NCBI GenBank assembly: GCA_951406725.2
Contig: OX597814.1
Span: 200,756,001-200,820,000 of the forward strand
From: Octopus vulgaris
Lineage: Eukaryota
Direction of reading: 5' to 3'
Length of the DNA stretch: 64,000 nucleotides
Part shown: one piece after another, positions 51,716 to 64,000 of the stretch
Layout of the letters: every line of letters starts with the position of its first letter
Numbering within the stretch: position 1 is the first letter of the stretch
The notes under the pieces: model-generated
Told to the model about the DNA's origin: nothing
Seen by the model: only the letters and a program-made list of their open reading frames with translations
Database searches by the model: none
Made by a program: the position numbers and the translations under genes

Positions 51716-51858
51716 ATATATACATATATACGACAGGCTTCTTTCAGTTTCTGTCTACCAAATCCACTCACAAGGCATTGGTCGGCCCGGGGCTATAGCA
51801 GAAGACACTTGCCCAAGATGCCATGCAGTGGGACTGAACCCGGAACCATGTGGTTGGT
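51465..51858 (-). mobile_element. CORE-like SINE (family A), 5'-truncated
   Basis: Near-identical to the reverse complement of the 11492 copy. Confidence 0.9.
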
Positions 51859-52204
51859 TTTGTTGCTACAAATTTCAAGAACTGAGATAATTTGAAGCTT
51901 ATTGTTCTTGGAGTAGGTATTATAATATTTGCTGTCATGATGTCAGCTGATCCTTTGCAGCTGTCATCTGTCCATTGTTTTTGTATTGTGACAATACCCT
52001 GGCCGGCTGCTGGTTGTGCTATTATCTGCTGACTGCTGTCTTCTGTGTCCAGTCTGATGTTGTCTGCTGCCAACTGTCTTTTGATAGTGGCTAAAATGTG
52101 CTGAAAATATATTGGTGGTCTTGCACAGAAAAAGTGTGCCAGAGACGAAATTGTTGTTTGATCTGGTTCCATATGAAGTCTTGAATGGTCAGACATTTTG
52201 ATGA

Positions 52205-52620
52205 CTCTTTACTCTTTACTCTTTTACTTGTTTCAGCCATTTGACTGTGGCCATGCTGGAGCACCGCCTTTAGTCGAGCAAATCTACCCCGGGACTTATT
52301 CTTTGTAAGCCCAGTACTTATTCTATCGGTCTCTTTTGCTGAACCGCTAAGTGACGGGGACGTAAACACACCAGCACCGGTTGTCAAGCAATGCTAGGGG
52401 GACAAACACAGACACACAAACACATACACACACATATATATATACATATATATGACAGGCTTCTTTCAGTTTCCGTCTACCAAATCCACTCACAAGGCAT
52501 TGGTCGGACCGGGGCTATAGCAGAAGACACTTGCCCAAGATGCCACGCAGTGGGATTGAACCCAGAACCATGTGGTTGGTTAGCAAGCTACTTACCACAC
52601 AGCCACTCCTAGCCACTCCT
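52205..52620 (-). mobile_element. CORE-like SINE (family A)
   Basis: Near-identical to the reverse complement of the 11492 copy. Confidence 0.9.
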
Positions 52621-53316
52621 GATGTTGGTAATATTTTAGCAAATGATGATCATATTCTTGAGTTGTCATTTTGCATCAGATATACGGATCCAGGTTCAAT
52701 TTCTTAGTTAGCTATTCCTGATACAACCCAAACAACACACTATGACTACAAGCCCACTCGTGTAATGTTACCTCTCTCTCTTAATTTTCTTCTGTGACTT
52801 TAATGGCTTCTGTTGTGTCTCTGCCTTGTTCCACTGAATGTGCCCACTTCTTGTTGTGCCTCACTGCATAAGTCAATCAAAGACAATCTACACAGATATT
52901 CTAACCTATGAAAATAGCAGCCAGATCTCCCTTAAATCATATCCCTTCCCAATGATGTATTGGATAATGTGGCCCTAATTTTGTTGCACACTGGATGGGA
53001 TGGTCATGACTGGAATGCTTTGATTATAGTTTTCCTTGATCAGGAGAGGCCAAAGGCTAAACGACAACTGTGATTCACCCATTATTAAACTCTACATTTA
53101 AATCCCTTCCTTAATAATCTCTCTTCAAAGCTGTAGCTCAAGACGTTGGAAAGAACTGTTATAAATGGCTGGTCCCATCACATCTAAAATGTTTTCTAAA
53201 GGACTGTGCATTTCAAAGCACATTACCTAATATCTTCATGTTTCCAACGATCAAGATACATATATATATATATAAATATATATACATATATACATACATA
53301 CATACATATATATATG

Positions 53317-53383
<67 letters not shown>

Positions 53384-53413
53384 GTATAGATATATGAATA
53401 TATATATATACAT

Positions 53414-53446
<33 letters not shown>

Positions 53447-53539
53447 CAGAGTGAAATAGAGAGAGAGATGAGGAATGCAGAATTTAGCGATGACCTGTAC
53501 AAGATCTGAAGCACATTGAGGATAATAGAAAGGATATTA

Positions 53540-53750
53540 TCAGAGCTTGTCGCTTTGTTGTGAACTTACTGTCAGTCCTTTTGTACTAGATGTCATTCGG
53601 AAGGAACTCCATCTTGCCTTTGTTGTAGATAAAGTGTAACTCAGAGAAGGTTTTATAAGGATGCTTGTGATGGTTTGAGTTAATAGGAAGTTTCTAACCC
53701 AAGAGGTGAGAAACATAGGCAGCCCAGAAACCAACAGCTTTTCAAGGAGA
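53540..53750 (-). pseudogene. Degenerate LINE reverse transcriptase fragment
   Basis: LLEKLLVSGLPMFLTSWVRNFL, followed out of frame by GVP. Resembles the LL.KL..G..L..W..FL...GVPQG segment of APE-LINE RTs. Confidence 0.45.
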
Positions 53751-54369
53751 TTCTAACTATAAAGTATGGTGCTTCTCTAAGCAATGCAGATTTCACTAAA
53801 AATACACGTATTTCAATCAAAGATTATTATAGAATGTTGCTTATTGTTTGATCTATTTTGTGTTCCTTTGTTTCCTTTTAAAATTCTTATTCCTGCAGAA
53901 ATAATCAATTTTTGCCAGTTATCTCAATTTGCTCATTTGACTACCATAGTTGCTCAACCTGCTAAAAATTGCAGCTAAATCTCCCTCACAATCATATGCT
54001 ATCAGCAGTGACATAAAAGAAGGTATAAGTCAATGTCGTTTGAGATGCACAGTTCATAGAAAACAAAAGATGAGATGGTCAAAAATGGAATGCCTTTAGT
54101 TATAGATCTGCTTGTCCAGGGAAGAACTGGATTTAAACAACAACAACAACAACAACAACAACAGCAGCAGCAGCAACAACAACATCAAATAGGTTCGTTG
54201 TGTAAAACCCTTGCTAACATCCTCTATTTTGGTATTTGAATATGTTATCTGGTTTTCTCAGGTTGATTATATTTCTATTAAGGCATATGATATCAATCAT
54301 CATGCTTCACTCATTTTATGATCTTTCATGATTATATTTCGTGGTCAAATAGCTTTCTTATCTGAGTGA

Positions 54370-54586
54370 ATTGATGATGGTAGTGGTGGTGGTGGTGGTG
54401 GTCATGATGGTGATGGTAATGATAATAATGGTGATGGTGATGAGGATGATGGCAGTTATGTGATAATGATGAAGATGATGATGATAGTGGCAGTAGTGGT
54501 AGTGATGGTGATGTTTACGACGACGACGATGATGATAATGATGAGGAGGGTGGTGATAAAGATAATGGGGATGATGGTGAAGATGA

Positions 54587-54620
<34 letters not shown>

Positions 54621-54946
54621 GGTGGTGGTGGTGGTGGTGATGGTAGTGGTAGTGGTTCCAGTGATGTTGATGACGACAGCAATAATGATGGTGATGGTGA
54701 TGATGATGATAATGGTGATGATGGCGATGATGATGATGATGATGATGATGATAATGATGATGATTATGATGATGGTAGTGGTAATGGTGGTAGTGATGAT
54801 AGTGGTGGTGGTGGTGGTGTTGTTGTTAGTGGTGGTGGTGACGTTGCTGACGACGAAGACGATGATAATAACAGCGAAGATGATGATGATGATGGTGATG
54901 ATAATGGTAATGATGGCTGTGGTAATGGCGATGGTAATAGTGCTGG

Positions 54947-54990
<44 letters not shown>

Positions 54991-55630
54991 GTTGAAATAT
55001 TCTCACTGTGCTGTAATTGAATTATTCCCCCTGTCCCCTGCAACTCCTCTCATCTCTGCTGGTTTCTGATCATTCCACTTTCTGCTTAGTCTTTGATAAC
55101 AGTAACAATTCCACCCATCCAGTTATCCAGCTGCTCAATTATAAATGACTTCTCCTTCCAAATTACTCTCAACAGTTATTTTGACACCTTAAATTAATAA
55201 CTTCCTCTAATTCATATGCTGTCTTTTTCTTCTATTTCACATCATAACCACCACCACCACCACCACCACCACCACCATCGCCATCATCATCACCATTGTT
55301 ACCACTGCAGCTGTTACTGTCACTACCTCCACCATGACCACTGCCACTACCACCACTGCCACTACCACCACTGCCACTAGCACCACTGCCACTACTACCA
55401 CTGCCACTACCACCACTGCCACTACCACCACTGCCACTACCACCACCACCACCACCACCACCACCACCACCACCACCACCACTGTCGCCGCCAATACCAC
55501 CACCCTCACAACCATCATCACCACCACCACCATTTCTCCACTACCCCACTGTCACTGTTACTCCTTGGCTATCACCTCACCACCACCACTTCACCACCCC
55601 ATCACCCTCCACCACCACCACCGCCACCAC
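54370..55630. repeat. (GAT/GGT)n and (CAC/CAT)n trinucleotide tracts
   Basis: Two tracts, 54370-54990 and 55240-55630. Confidence 0.9.
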
Positions 55631-55679
55631 CACAACCCCTCCTCCTCCACCACCATATATTCATTACTCTTTCCTTTAC

Positions 55680-56490
55680 TCCTCTTCCTTCTTCCTCCAC
55701 TAGCATTCTTCATTACCACTTACACACTCATCTGTTCCTTCTCCCTTTTCATCTCCTATCCCTCATACTCCTCCTCTCCATCCATCACCTAACTTCTCCT
55801 CATACTCCTCCTCTTTCATCTCTGTCCCCACCACTTATCCACAGCTGCTGTTGTTGGCGGTGGTGCTCTTCTCCCCACCACATCACAACCATCCCCGCTA
55901 CCATCACACTCCTCCCTTCTCTTTCATCTTCCCCACCACCACCACCACCACCTAGTAACACTACCCTACCATCAACTTCTCTTTCTTCTTTTGTTCCTCT
56001 TCTTTCTCTCCTCCTCTCCCTTCAACTTTTTTCTCACTCCTCCTTCCTCTTCGTCTCATTCATAAAACTCACTTTTCTTTCTTTTCTCCTTCAATCTTCC
56101 CACCCTCCTTTTCCATTGCTTCCTACTTCCTTCTTTCCTTCCGTCCTTTCTTCCTTCCTTCCTTCCTCCCTCCCTTCCTTTCTTCCTCTCTTCCTTCCTT
56201 CCTTTCTTTCTCCCTTCCTTCCTTCCTCCCTCCCTTCCTTCCTTTCTTCTTCCCTTCCTTCCTTCCTTTCTCCCTCCCTCCCTCCCTCCCTCCCTCCCTC
56301 CCTCCCTCCCTCCCTTCCTTCCTTCCTTCCTTCCCTCTTCCCTTCCTTCCTTCCTTTCTCCCTCCCTCCCTTCCTTCCTTCATTCCTCCCCCTCCCTCCC
56401 CTTCTTTCTTCCTTCCTCCTACTCCCTTATTTTCCAAATTCTTCTCTCTCTTCTCCTCTCTCTCTCTCTCCCCTCCCTCCCCTTTCAGCC
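55680..56490. repeat. Polypyrimidine tract with (CCTT)n/(CCCT)n
   Basis: Almost purely C/T from 56120 to 56485. Confidence 0.9.
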
Positions 56491-56584
56491 ATTTGCAATA
56501 CTGCACACTTCAAACATGAATGCTAATACTATTGTAGTAATATGAGAATGGTCATTAACCACTAGTATTATTACAATTACATGA

Positions 56585-56790
56585 AGGCCGCAAGTTGGCA
56601 GAATTGATAGAATGCCAGGTGAAATGCTTAGCAGTATTTCGTCTGCCCCTATGTTCTGAGTTCAAATTCCATCGAGGTCAACTTTGCCTCTCATTCTTTC
56701 AGGGTCGATGACATAAGTACCAGTTACATACTAGGGTTGATGTAATCGACTAGCCCCCTTCCCCCAAAATTTTCAAGGCCTTGTGCCTAG
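56585..56790 (+). mobile_element. Meta-like SINE (family B)
   Basis: GGCCGCAAGTTGGCAGAAT...GAGTTCAAATTCC...GGGTCGATGACATAAGTACCAG. Confidence 0.75.
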
Positions 56791-56964
56791 AGTAGAACTA
56801 ACTATTAACAATACATGCAGTATTTAGTGATGGCCCTTTATGTTCTAGGTTCAAATACTACAAAGGCCAACTGTGCCTTTCATCCACCTGGGGTTAATAA
56901 AATGAAGTACCAGTCAAGTTCTGGATTCATATAATTGACTGTTCCTTAGCCATAAATTTCTGAC

Positions 56965-57483
56965 CGTGTGCTGGTGCTACAGAACTGGTGATGGTGCCAT
57001 GTAAAAAGCACTGGTGATGGTGCCACATAAAAGGCACTGGTAATGGTGCCACGTAAAAAGCATTGGTGATGGTGCCACATAAAAGGCACTGGTGATGGTG
57101 CCACATAAAAGGCACTGGTGATGGTGCCACATAAAAAGCACTGGTGATGGTGCCACATAAAAGGCACTGGTGATGGTGCCACGTAAAAGGCACTGGTGAT
57201 GGTGCCATGTAAAAGGCACTGGTGATGGTGCCACATAGAAGGCACTGGTGATGGTGCCACGTAAAAGGCACTGGTGATGGTGCCACGTAAAAGGCAATGG
57301 TGATGGTACCATGTGAACAGCATCCATCGCACTCTGTAAAGTGGTTGGCATTATGAAGGGCATCAGCCATAGAAAACATGTCAAAACAGATTATGGAACC
57401 TTCTGGCCTTTCCAACTCCTTTCAAACCATCCGACCTATGCCAGCATGGAAATTGGGCATTAACTGATAATGATGATGATGAT
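56965..57483 (+). mobile_element. RTE 3' UTR repeat with homogeneous 26-bp minisatellite (~12 units)
   Basis: Unit GCACTGGTGATGGTGCCACATAAAAG at 56985-57315. Confidence 0.85.
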
Positions 57484-57569
57484 GTCTATGAACAGAAATT
57501 CAAATGTAAAAATTAGCCAGGTAAAAACGTCTCCAACAACATTTTAATACATTATAGACCATTTCAACA

Positions 57570-57627
<58 letters not shown>

Positions 57628-57707
57628 ATATTAGCCAACCGAATATGGCTTATCCCTTATATTACGGAGCAGTCACTGTCTATATCTCATTTAGAGAATT
57701 ATTATTG

Positions 57708-57742
<35 letters not shown>

Positions 57743-57749
<7 letters not shown>

Positions 57750-57935
57750 AACTTATAAGTAAGGGCTAAAGAAAATTATTTCAATGCCAATATGCTGATA
57801 ACAAACTATTAAATCGTCAATTTCCACCTGTAGTGGGTATATAATAATATGTGGAAATTGACGATTTAATAGTTTGTTATCAGCATATTGGCATTGAAAT
57901 AATTTTCTTTAGCCCTTACTTATAAGTTGTTTATA
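57743..57935. repeat. Perfect 85-bp inverted repeat with 23-nt spacer, adjacent to (TA)n
   Basis: 57743-57827 is the reverse complement of 57851-57935. Confidence 0.9.
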
Positions 57936-58055
57936 ATTTTAACCGTGAAGTATTTTAATATGCTGTCACATTTTTTGATGGAATTTTTTTTCTGTAGAAA
58001 AACAACTTCATCCTATATTAGTAGTATATATCTATATATATATGTGCGTGCAACA

Positions 58056-58089
<34 letters not shown>

Positions 58090-58090
<1 letters not shown>

Positions 58091-58222
58091 TAATTTATTA
58101 TATAGAAGGAGCTTCTACAGGACTAGTACTGTTTCATTCAAGAGAGATCTTCAGGTCCTGAAGATCTCTCTTGAATGAAACAGTACTAGTCCTGTAGAAG
58201 CTCCTTCTATATAATAAATTAA
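58090..58222. repeat. Perfect 66-bp-arm palindrome with hammerhead-like core words
   Basis: Centre T at 58156. The right arm begins C-CTGAAGA-TCTCTCTTGAAT-GAAA-CAGTACTAG-TC. Confidence 0.85.
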
Positions 58223-59015
58223 TTTTACTCTGCTATGTATTGAGTACCTTACTTACTGTGGTTAACCCCGAATCAACCCGGGACCTACATATATATATAT
58301 ATATATATATTTACCATAGTGAATTATTTGTTTTTAGAGAGATAATTGGACAGCATTCCAATATCATCACAAATGGAATAATGAGCAAATCTCTTACTCT
58401 ATTAAAACAGTTTTCCTGATGAGCTAATAAGGGAGTCCTTTTGTGGTCACTCAATCTGCTAGAAATAATACTTCAAATTCCTTCGGTGCATACATTGCCA
58501 TCTTAAAAAAGGATAAACAGGATAATGTCATCCTGGGTTCCCAGTGCATGGGTAAAAAGATGGAATAATAACCTCTGAAATGCTTTTGATCATAAATCTT
58601 CTTGATTTGGTCTGACCTGGGGCTAAACATCAACACCAAGAACAACTATTGTCATAAAAAGCAAACCACAACCTATTAAGCCTAGTACTCATACCATTGG
58701 TCTCTTCTGCCAAACCGCTAAGTTACGGGGTCGTAAACACACCAGCATCGGTCATCACCACCATCATCGTCATCATCAACAACATCATCATCATTGCATG
58801 GCTTAAATGCTATTTACTGAAACGGATTGTCTATAACTGGATGCTCTTCCTGTCACCAACTCTCACCTTGTTTCCAAGCATGTTAATATTCTCCCATGGC
58901 TGGAAATGCTTTTGCAGATGACTGGAATGATGGATACTGTTTGTATGATGGGGACATCCATTTACAATGAATGCATAATGCTGGGGGAAGGACACACATA
59001 CACACACACACACAT

Positions 59016-59061
<46 letters not shown>

Positions 59062-59878
59062 CTTTCCAGCTTGTCTACCAAATCCACTCACAAGCCTTTG
59101 GTCATCTTCATCATACCTCAGTGTTTTAAATCCAGGTTTTGTCCCTGTTAATGGGGGTGGCTGGATCTACCTCAATGCCATAGCAATTCAAGCAAGCAGG
59201 TGCAGCCCACCCCAACCTTTGGGCTGGCCAGTGCTCATTCTCCCTTGCTATCATGAGGTTTTTTGAAACTGGATTTTCTATGGGGAGCATGCCCTTGCTT
59301 ACCCCCAACCTTGGTTTCTAGACATGGGTGGTCCCAAGACCAAGGTCTCTACAATGATTTTTAAGAAATATAGTGGAAAACTAGCCCAGGAAAGTAGGGA
59401 CACTACTCCCCGAGACCCCTTTTGGAGCCCTCCTACCTAATCTTAATGTTGTTATAAAGATTATTTGCCTGAGGTGTCACTCAGTGGTATTGAAACTGAA
59501 ACCCCATGGTTGAGAAGCAAGTTTCTTAACAACATAGCCATGCCTGTATCTATAATTTGTAATTTTCTAAAACAAACAAAGACTCATAAAATGCTTTCTT
59601 TAGAAAACTGAATTTCTGGGCAACTGTATAGAGCAGTTCTTTAGGTTTATATTCTATTGGAACAAATATTTAGATATTGTGAATCCCTTGCATGCTAAAC
59701 TAAATGCTTAGCAGCATTTCGTCCATCTCTATGTTGTTAGAATATGTGGCCCCTAAATGTCACATTTGTTGTATAGTTTGTGATGTTTTTAGTAGGTGGC
59801 ACAGATGGTGTTATTTTTTCCTATTTATATGAATATTATTTCTTTTTATACTATCAAAATATTCATTCAATATTCAAT

Positions 59879-60041
59879 AGGCATAGGAGTGGCTGTGTGG
59901 TAAGTAGCTTGCTTAACAACCACATGGTTCTGGGTTCAGTCCCAATGTGTGGTACCTTGGACAAATGTCTTCTACTATAGCCTCAGGACAACCAAAGCCT
60001 TGTGAGTGGATTTGGTAAACAGAAACTGAAAGAAGCCTGTC

Positions 60042-60107
<66 letters not shown>

Positions 60108-60325
60108 GTGTGTATATGTTTGTGTGTCTGTATTCGTCCCCCTAACATTGCTTGGCAACCGATCCTGGTGTGTTTACATCTCCATAACTTAATGGTTCGG
60201 CAAAAGTGACTGATAGAATAAGTACTAGGCTTACAAAGAATAAGTCCTGGGGTCGATTTGCTCGACTAAAAGCAGTGCTCCAGCATGGGCACAGTCAAAT
60301 GACTGAAACAAGTAAAAGGGTAAAA
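59879..60325 (+). mobile_element. Full-length CORE-like SINE (family A)
   Basis: Matches the 11492 copy. Confidence 0.9.
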
Positions 60326-61069
60326 TAGTATTCCTTATTATTATTTGCAAAACTTTACTCTTACTTATAATAAGAAAGAAAAACTATAGAATATAGAATT
60401 AAGAAGCTCCAGTATTTTTCTCTCTCCATGGAGTTCTAAATCATATTTCTTTTGTCTGTGTCACTCTATTTGTTAAATTCTTACATTCTTACAACCAAAA
60501 CAACATTTTAATGTCTTCAATACAATTTTTCACAATGCTGAGAACACCCGCCAGCTGAGAACCATTTGTTGTATATAATTTTAGCTTATCCACGAAGAGG
60601 AGGTGACAGACAAACTCTGTCCTCATGTAATACTTTAAAACTACTTATTCTCTAAGCCAAAGGGTAACTCGAAAGAAACAAAAGAGAGACTAAAAGTACA
60701 GTCAAGTTGAAATATTCAAGGTGATAGTTAAGTGAGACTATGGTATTGTTAAAGACTGCAAGAATTATCTGGCAATTCTTTTTTTGTTGTTTTAAGAATC
60801 TCATTCATACTACGTCATCAATTTTTTTAAACTTCAGGACTTTGATGAATCAATCATAAAGTTCTCTTTGTTACAAATTTAAATATATGATGAGTTGTTC
60901 TTCCATAATTTTCTCGTCACCCAACACTTCTCCGTTAATAAGGAACTAGCCAATTGTTCTGCAGGACATGAGCATGCAGTTTCCATTCTCTAGCTCAGTG
61001 GTTCTCAACTGGGGTCCATGTAAGATTTTCTTGTTAAAATTTATCTGTAATTAATTATTTTTTAAAATT

Positions 61070-61822
61070 CTTTTACTTATTTCAGTCATTTGGCTGTGGC
61101 CATGCTGGAACAATGTTTTAGTTGAACAAATCGACCACTGGACTTATTCTTTGTAAGCCTAGTACTTATTCTATTGGTCTCTTTTGCTGAACCGCTAAGT
61201 TACAGGGACAGGAACACACTAGCATCGGTTGTCATTCAATATTCAATAGGCGTAGTGTGTATGACAAACACACACACAAACACACACAAACAAACACACA
61301 CACACACACACGCACACACACACACACACACATATATGATGGCCTTCTTTCAGTTTCTGTCTACCAAACCCAGAACCATGTGGTTGGTAGGCAAGCTACT
61401 TACCACACAGCCACTTCTTTGCTATAATCTTTTACTCTTTTACTCCTTTTTTTCTCTTTATTTGTTTCAGTCATTTGATTGTGGCCATGCTGGAGCACCA
61501 CCTTTAGTCGAACAAATGGACCCCAGGACTCATTCTTATTAAGCCTAGTACTCATACAATTGGTCTCTTCTGCCAAACTGCTAAGTTACGGGGTCGTAAA
61601 CACACCAGCATCGGTCATCAAGTGAAGTTGGGGGAATACACACACACACACATATATATATACAACAGGCTTCTTTCAGTTTCCTTCTACCAAATCCACT
61701 CACAAGGCTTTGGTCGGCCTGAGGCTATAGTAGAAGACACTTGCCCAAGGTGCCATGCAGTGGGACTGAACCCAGAACCATGTGGTTGGGGAGCAAGCTA
61801 CTTTCCACACAGCTGCTCCTGC
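61070..61822 (-). mobile_element. Two tandem CORE-like SINEs (family A)
   Basis: Copies at 61070-61420 (internally deleted) and 61430-61822. Confidence 0.85.
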
Positions 61823-62216
61823 AATTGGCAAGACATTTTAACAATGTTGTATACAGTTCCTAATAATATTTAATTACAAGAATTTAAAATGAATTTTTTA
61901 AACATCATATGGTTAGGAGGGTCCATTCAAGTACAACGGGAATAAAAAAAAAAGATGTTTGCAAAAAACTGATCTGAGTTAATTATTAGTATGGAAAATA
62001 TCATTACTTTGGTTACTGCTTTTAGGCAAGATGTTTTAATCAGGGACAGAGTTTATTGTTGTTGTTTTTCTATGTGTGAGGTATTTATTTTACAAATGTC
62101 TCATTTTTGTAAGGACAGTGTGAAACTGGTGGTTGATTTGACTGAAAATGGCTAAATACAATCTCAGAATCTACATAGACATTTTGGAATTAATTTGGAA
62201 TTATTCAAAATAATTT

Positions 62217-62478
62217 TGTTGTGTCTGGGGAGAGTCATTCTCTTTTAGTGCCTTATTATTTAACACACTCACCAGTACAATTTCCACTTATCTCCTTTAT
62301 TTTTCTAAAATTTTTGTTGCGTCTTGCAACCTTTTCAATAGTCTTGAGAAACTACTGAAAAGGTTGCAAGACACAATGAAAATTTTAGAAAATAAAAATA
62401 AGAAATAAGTGGAAATTTTACTGGTGAGTGTGTTAAATAATAAGGCATTAAAAGGAATGACTCTCCCCAGACACAACA
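62217..62478. mobile_element. Head-to-head inverted pLTR-like element with two hammerhead motifs (U3:A8 variant)
   Basis: Inverted arms of about 125 bp. Minus 62305-62341: CTA-TTGAAAA-G-GTTGC-AAGAC-GCAAC-AAA-A-AT-T-T-TAG. Plus 62352-62388: CTA-CTGAAAA-G-GTTGC-AAGAC-ACAAT-GAA-A-AT-T-T-TAG. Confidence 0.8.
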
Positions 62479-63174
62479 GATTATGCTTCAACACACAAAC
62501 TCATATAAAGAATCTTGCAAACCAAATCCAAAAACGAAACAAAATAATTTTGCTTTTATTAAATTTCTTGCTAAGGCAGTGAGCTGGCAGAGTCATTACT
62601 GTGCTGGAAAAATTGCTTGGTGGTATTTCTTCTAACTTTATATTCTGAGTTCAAATGCAGTAGGAGTTGACTTTGTCTTTCATTCTTTCAGGATTGATGA
62701 AAGAAGTACCACTTGATCATTAGGGTCGATGTAAGCAACTATTGCCCTCCTACCAAGTTGCAGGCCTTGAACCTATAATAGAAAGGATTATTATTATTAT
62801 TATTGGCAGAGTCATTAGCACATTGGGAAAAATGCTTAGCAGCACCTTCCCCTACAATGGTTGGCCTTGTACCAAAATTTGAAACCATTATTAATTTTCT
62901 TGCTCAGACTGATACCACTTGAAGAACCATCATTGTCTTTTTCTGATGCTCTTGGAGTGAACAGAGATGATGCCATCAGTATATCAATAAAAGTTGGCAA
63001 ACTGAGCAAAATCATAAGAGCATCAGGGAAAATGCTTAGCAGCGTTTGTTTTGGCTTTTTATATTTTGTATCGGAATTGTGCTGAGATTAACTTTACCAT
63101 TCATCCTTTCAGAATTGATAAGAATTGATAAGAAAGTACCAGTGAAGTACTGGGAATGATGTAATTGACTAATA

Positions 63175-63380
63175 CCTATTTCTTTACTACCCACAAGGGG
63201 CTAAACACAGAGAGGACAAACATGGACAGACAAACGGATTAAGTCGATTATATCGATCCAGTGCGTAACTGGTACTTAATTTGTCGACCTCAGTGTAATT
63301 TGAACTCAGAACGTAACGGCAGATGAAATATGGCTAAGTATTTCACCCGGCATGCTAACGTTTCTGCTAGCTCGCTGCCT
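63175..63380 (-). mobile_element. Meta-like SINE (family B)
   Basis: Same family as 21805-22037. Confidence 0.8.
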
Positions 63381-63880
63381 TCATTGACAAATACCTTCTT
63401 GCTAAAAATTGCTGGCCTGGGGTCAAATTTTGAAACAATTATTAATTTTCTATGCATTTAAATGTTGTAATTATATTTAGAATACTGTATTTTGCATTTT
63501 TCAAAACTGCATGTGCAATACTTGTCAGCTTATTTGATTATATTTTATTAAGTTTCTATATTTTTCTAAGCAGAAATAATATCTGCATTGAATATAAATA
63601 TGAAAGTTCACTGTTTATATATTTTAAATGTGAATTTTGTTTGTTCTTTTTTTTTTTCTTTCTACATTTTTGAACATTTTCCAACTAACTAACGTTTAGA
63701 ATAAATTTAACACAACACCACTGTTTACATTCATCTTCTCTTACCAAACCAGCAGATGGTGTCATCATTATTTTTGTCACTCTGGTCAAAAGTCTAAGAG
63801 TGAGTTAAGTCTCTACTCTTTTATGCTAAAATTCCTGTAAACAAGTTATATTCATGGCTCCTTCAATTTTTCCCCTTTAA

Positions 63881-64000
63881 CTCTTTTGTTACCGTATTTA
63901 TTTTGAGATGCTCTGGGTTTCTTTCAATTACATTAAATATAACATAGAATTTAGTAAAATAACTTAGTTATCATTAAGCTAGTGTTAGGAGCATAATTTG
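63881..64000. mobile_element. piggyBac-type MITE, truncated by window end
   Basis: TTAA|CTCTTTTGTTACC, similar to 29748-29870. Confidence 0.75.

Noticed and set aside
51860-52870. 142-aa minus-strand ORF and adjacent coding-like DNA split by SINEs
   Set aside because: No recognisable motifs, and stops appear when joined across the SINE. Unassigned relic.
53190-53250. Minus-strand ATGAAGA...GAAA-TGCACAG-TC as a hammerhead
   Set aside because: The 3:8 pair is mismatched, and helices I and II do not pair.

Overview
AT-rich, repeat-saturated eukaryotic DNA (intronic or intergenic). The SINE, LINE and microsatellite repertoire suggests an octopus-like cephalopod genome (inference). I cannot support any intact host protein-coding gene. 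Nearly all ORF-track entries are microsatellite or SINE translations. Recognisable coding remnants are all transposon pseudogenes: CR1/L2, RTE, R4/Dong-type RLE LINEs, two Penelope-like element (PLE) fragments (RT C-terminus and GIY-YIG endonuclease), a full-length IR/DR Tc1 (DD34E) and a Tc1 fragment with DD36E spacing. There are also hAT and piggyBac MITEs and four tRNA-derived SINE families. The main signal is about a dozen minimal type-I hammerhead ribozyme (HHR) motifs inside short non-coding elements, several arranged as head-to-head palindromes, or as tandem/inverted units with 13-bp target-site duplications. Three apparently related elements show compensatory changes at the catalytic-core 3:8 pair (C3:G8, G3:C8, U3:A8), share an extra G between A9 and helix II, and have palindromic helix III sequences typical of dimer-cleaving PLE ribozymes. 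One insertion is a 356-bp HHR-bearing unit in permuted tandem and inverted copies, consistent with a retrozyme-like element or PLE pseudo-LTR. All structures were folded by eye and no activity was tested.
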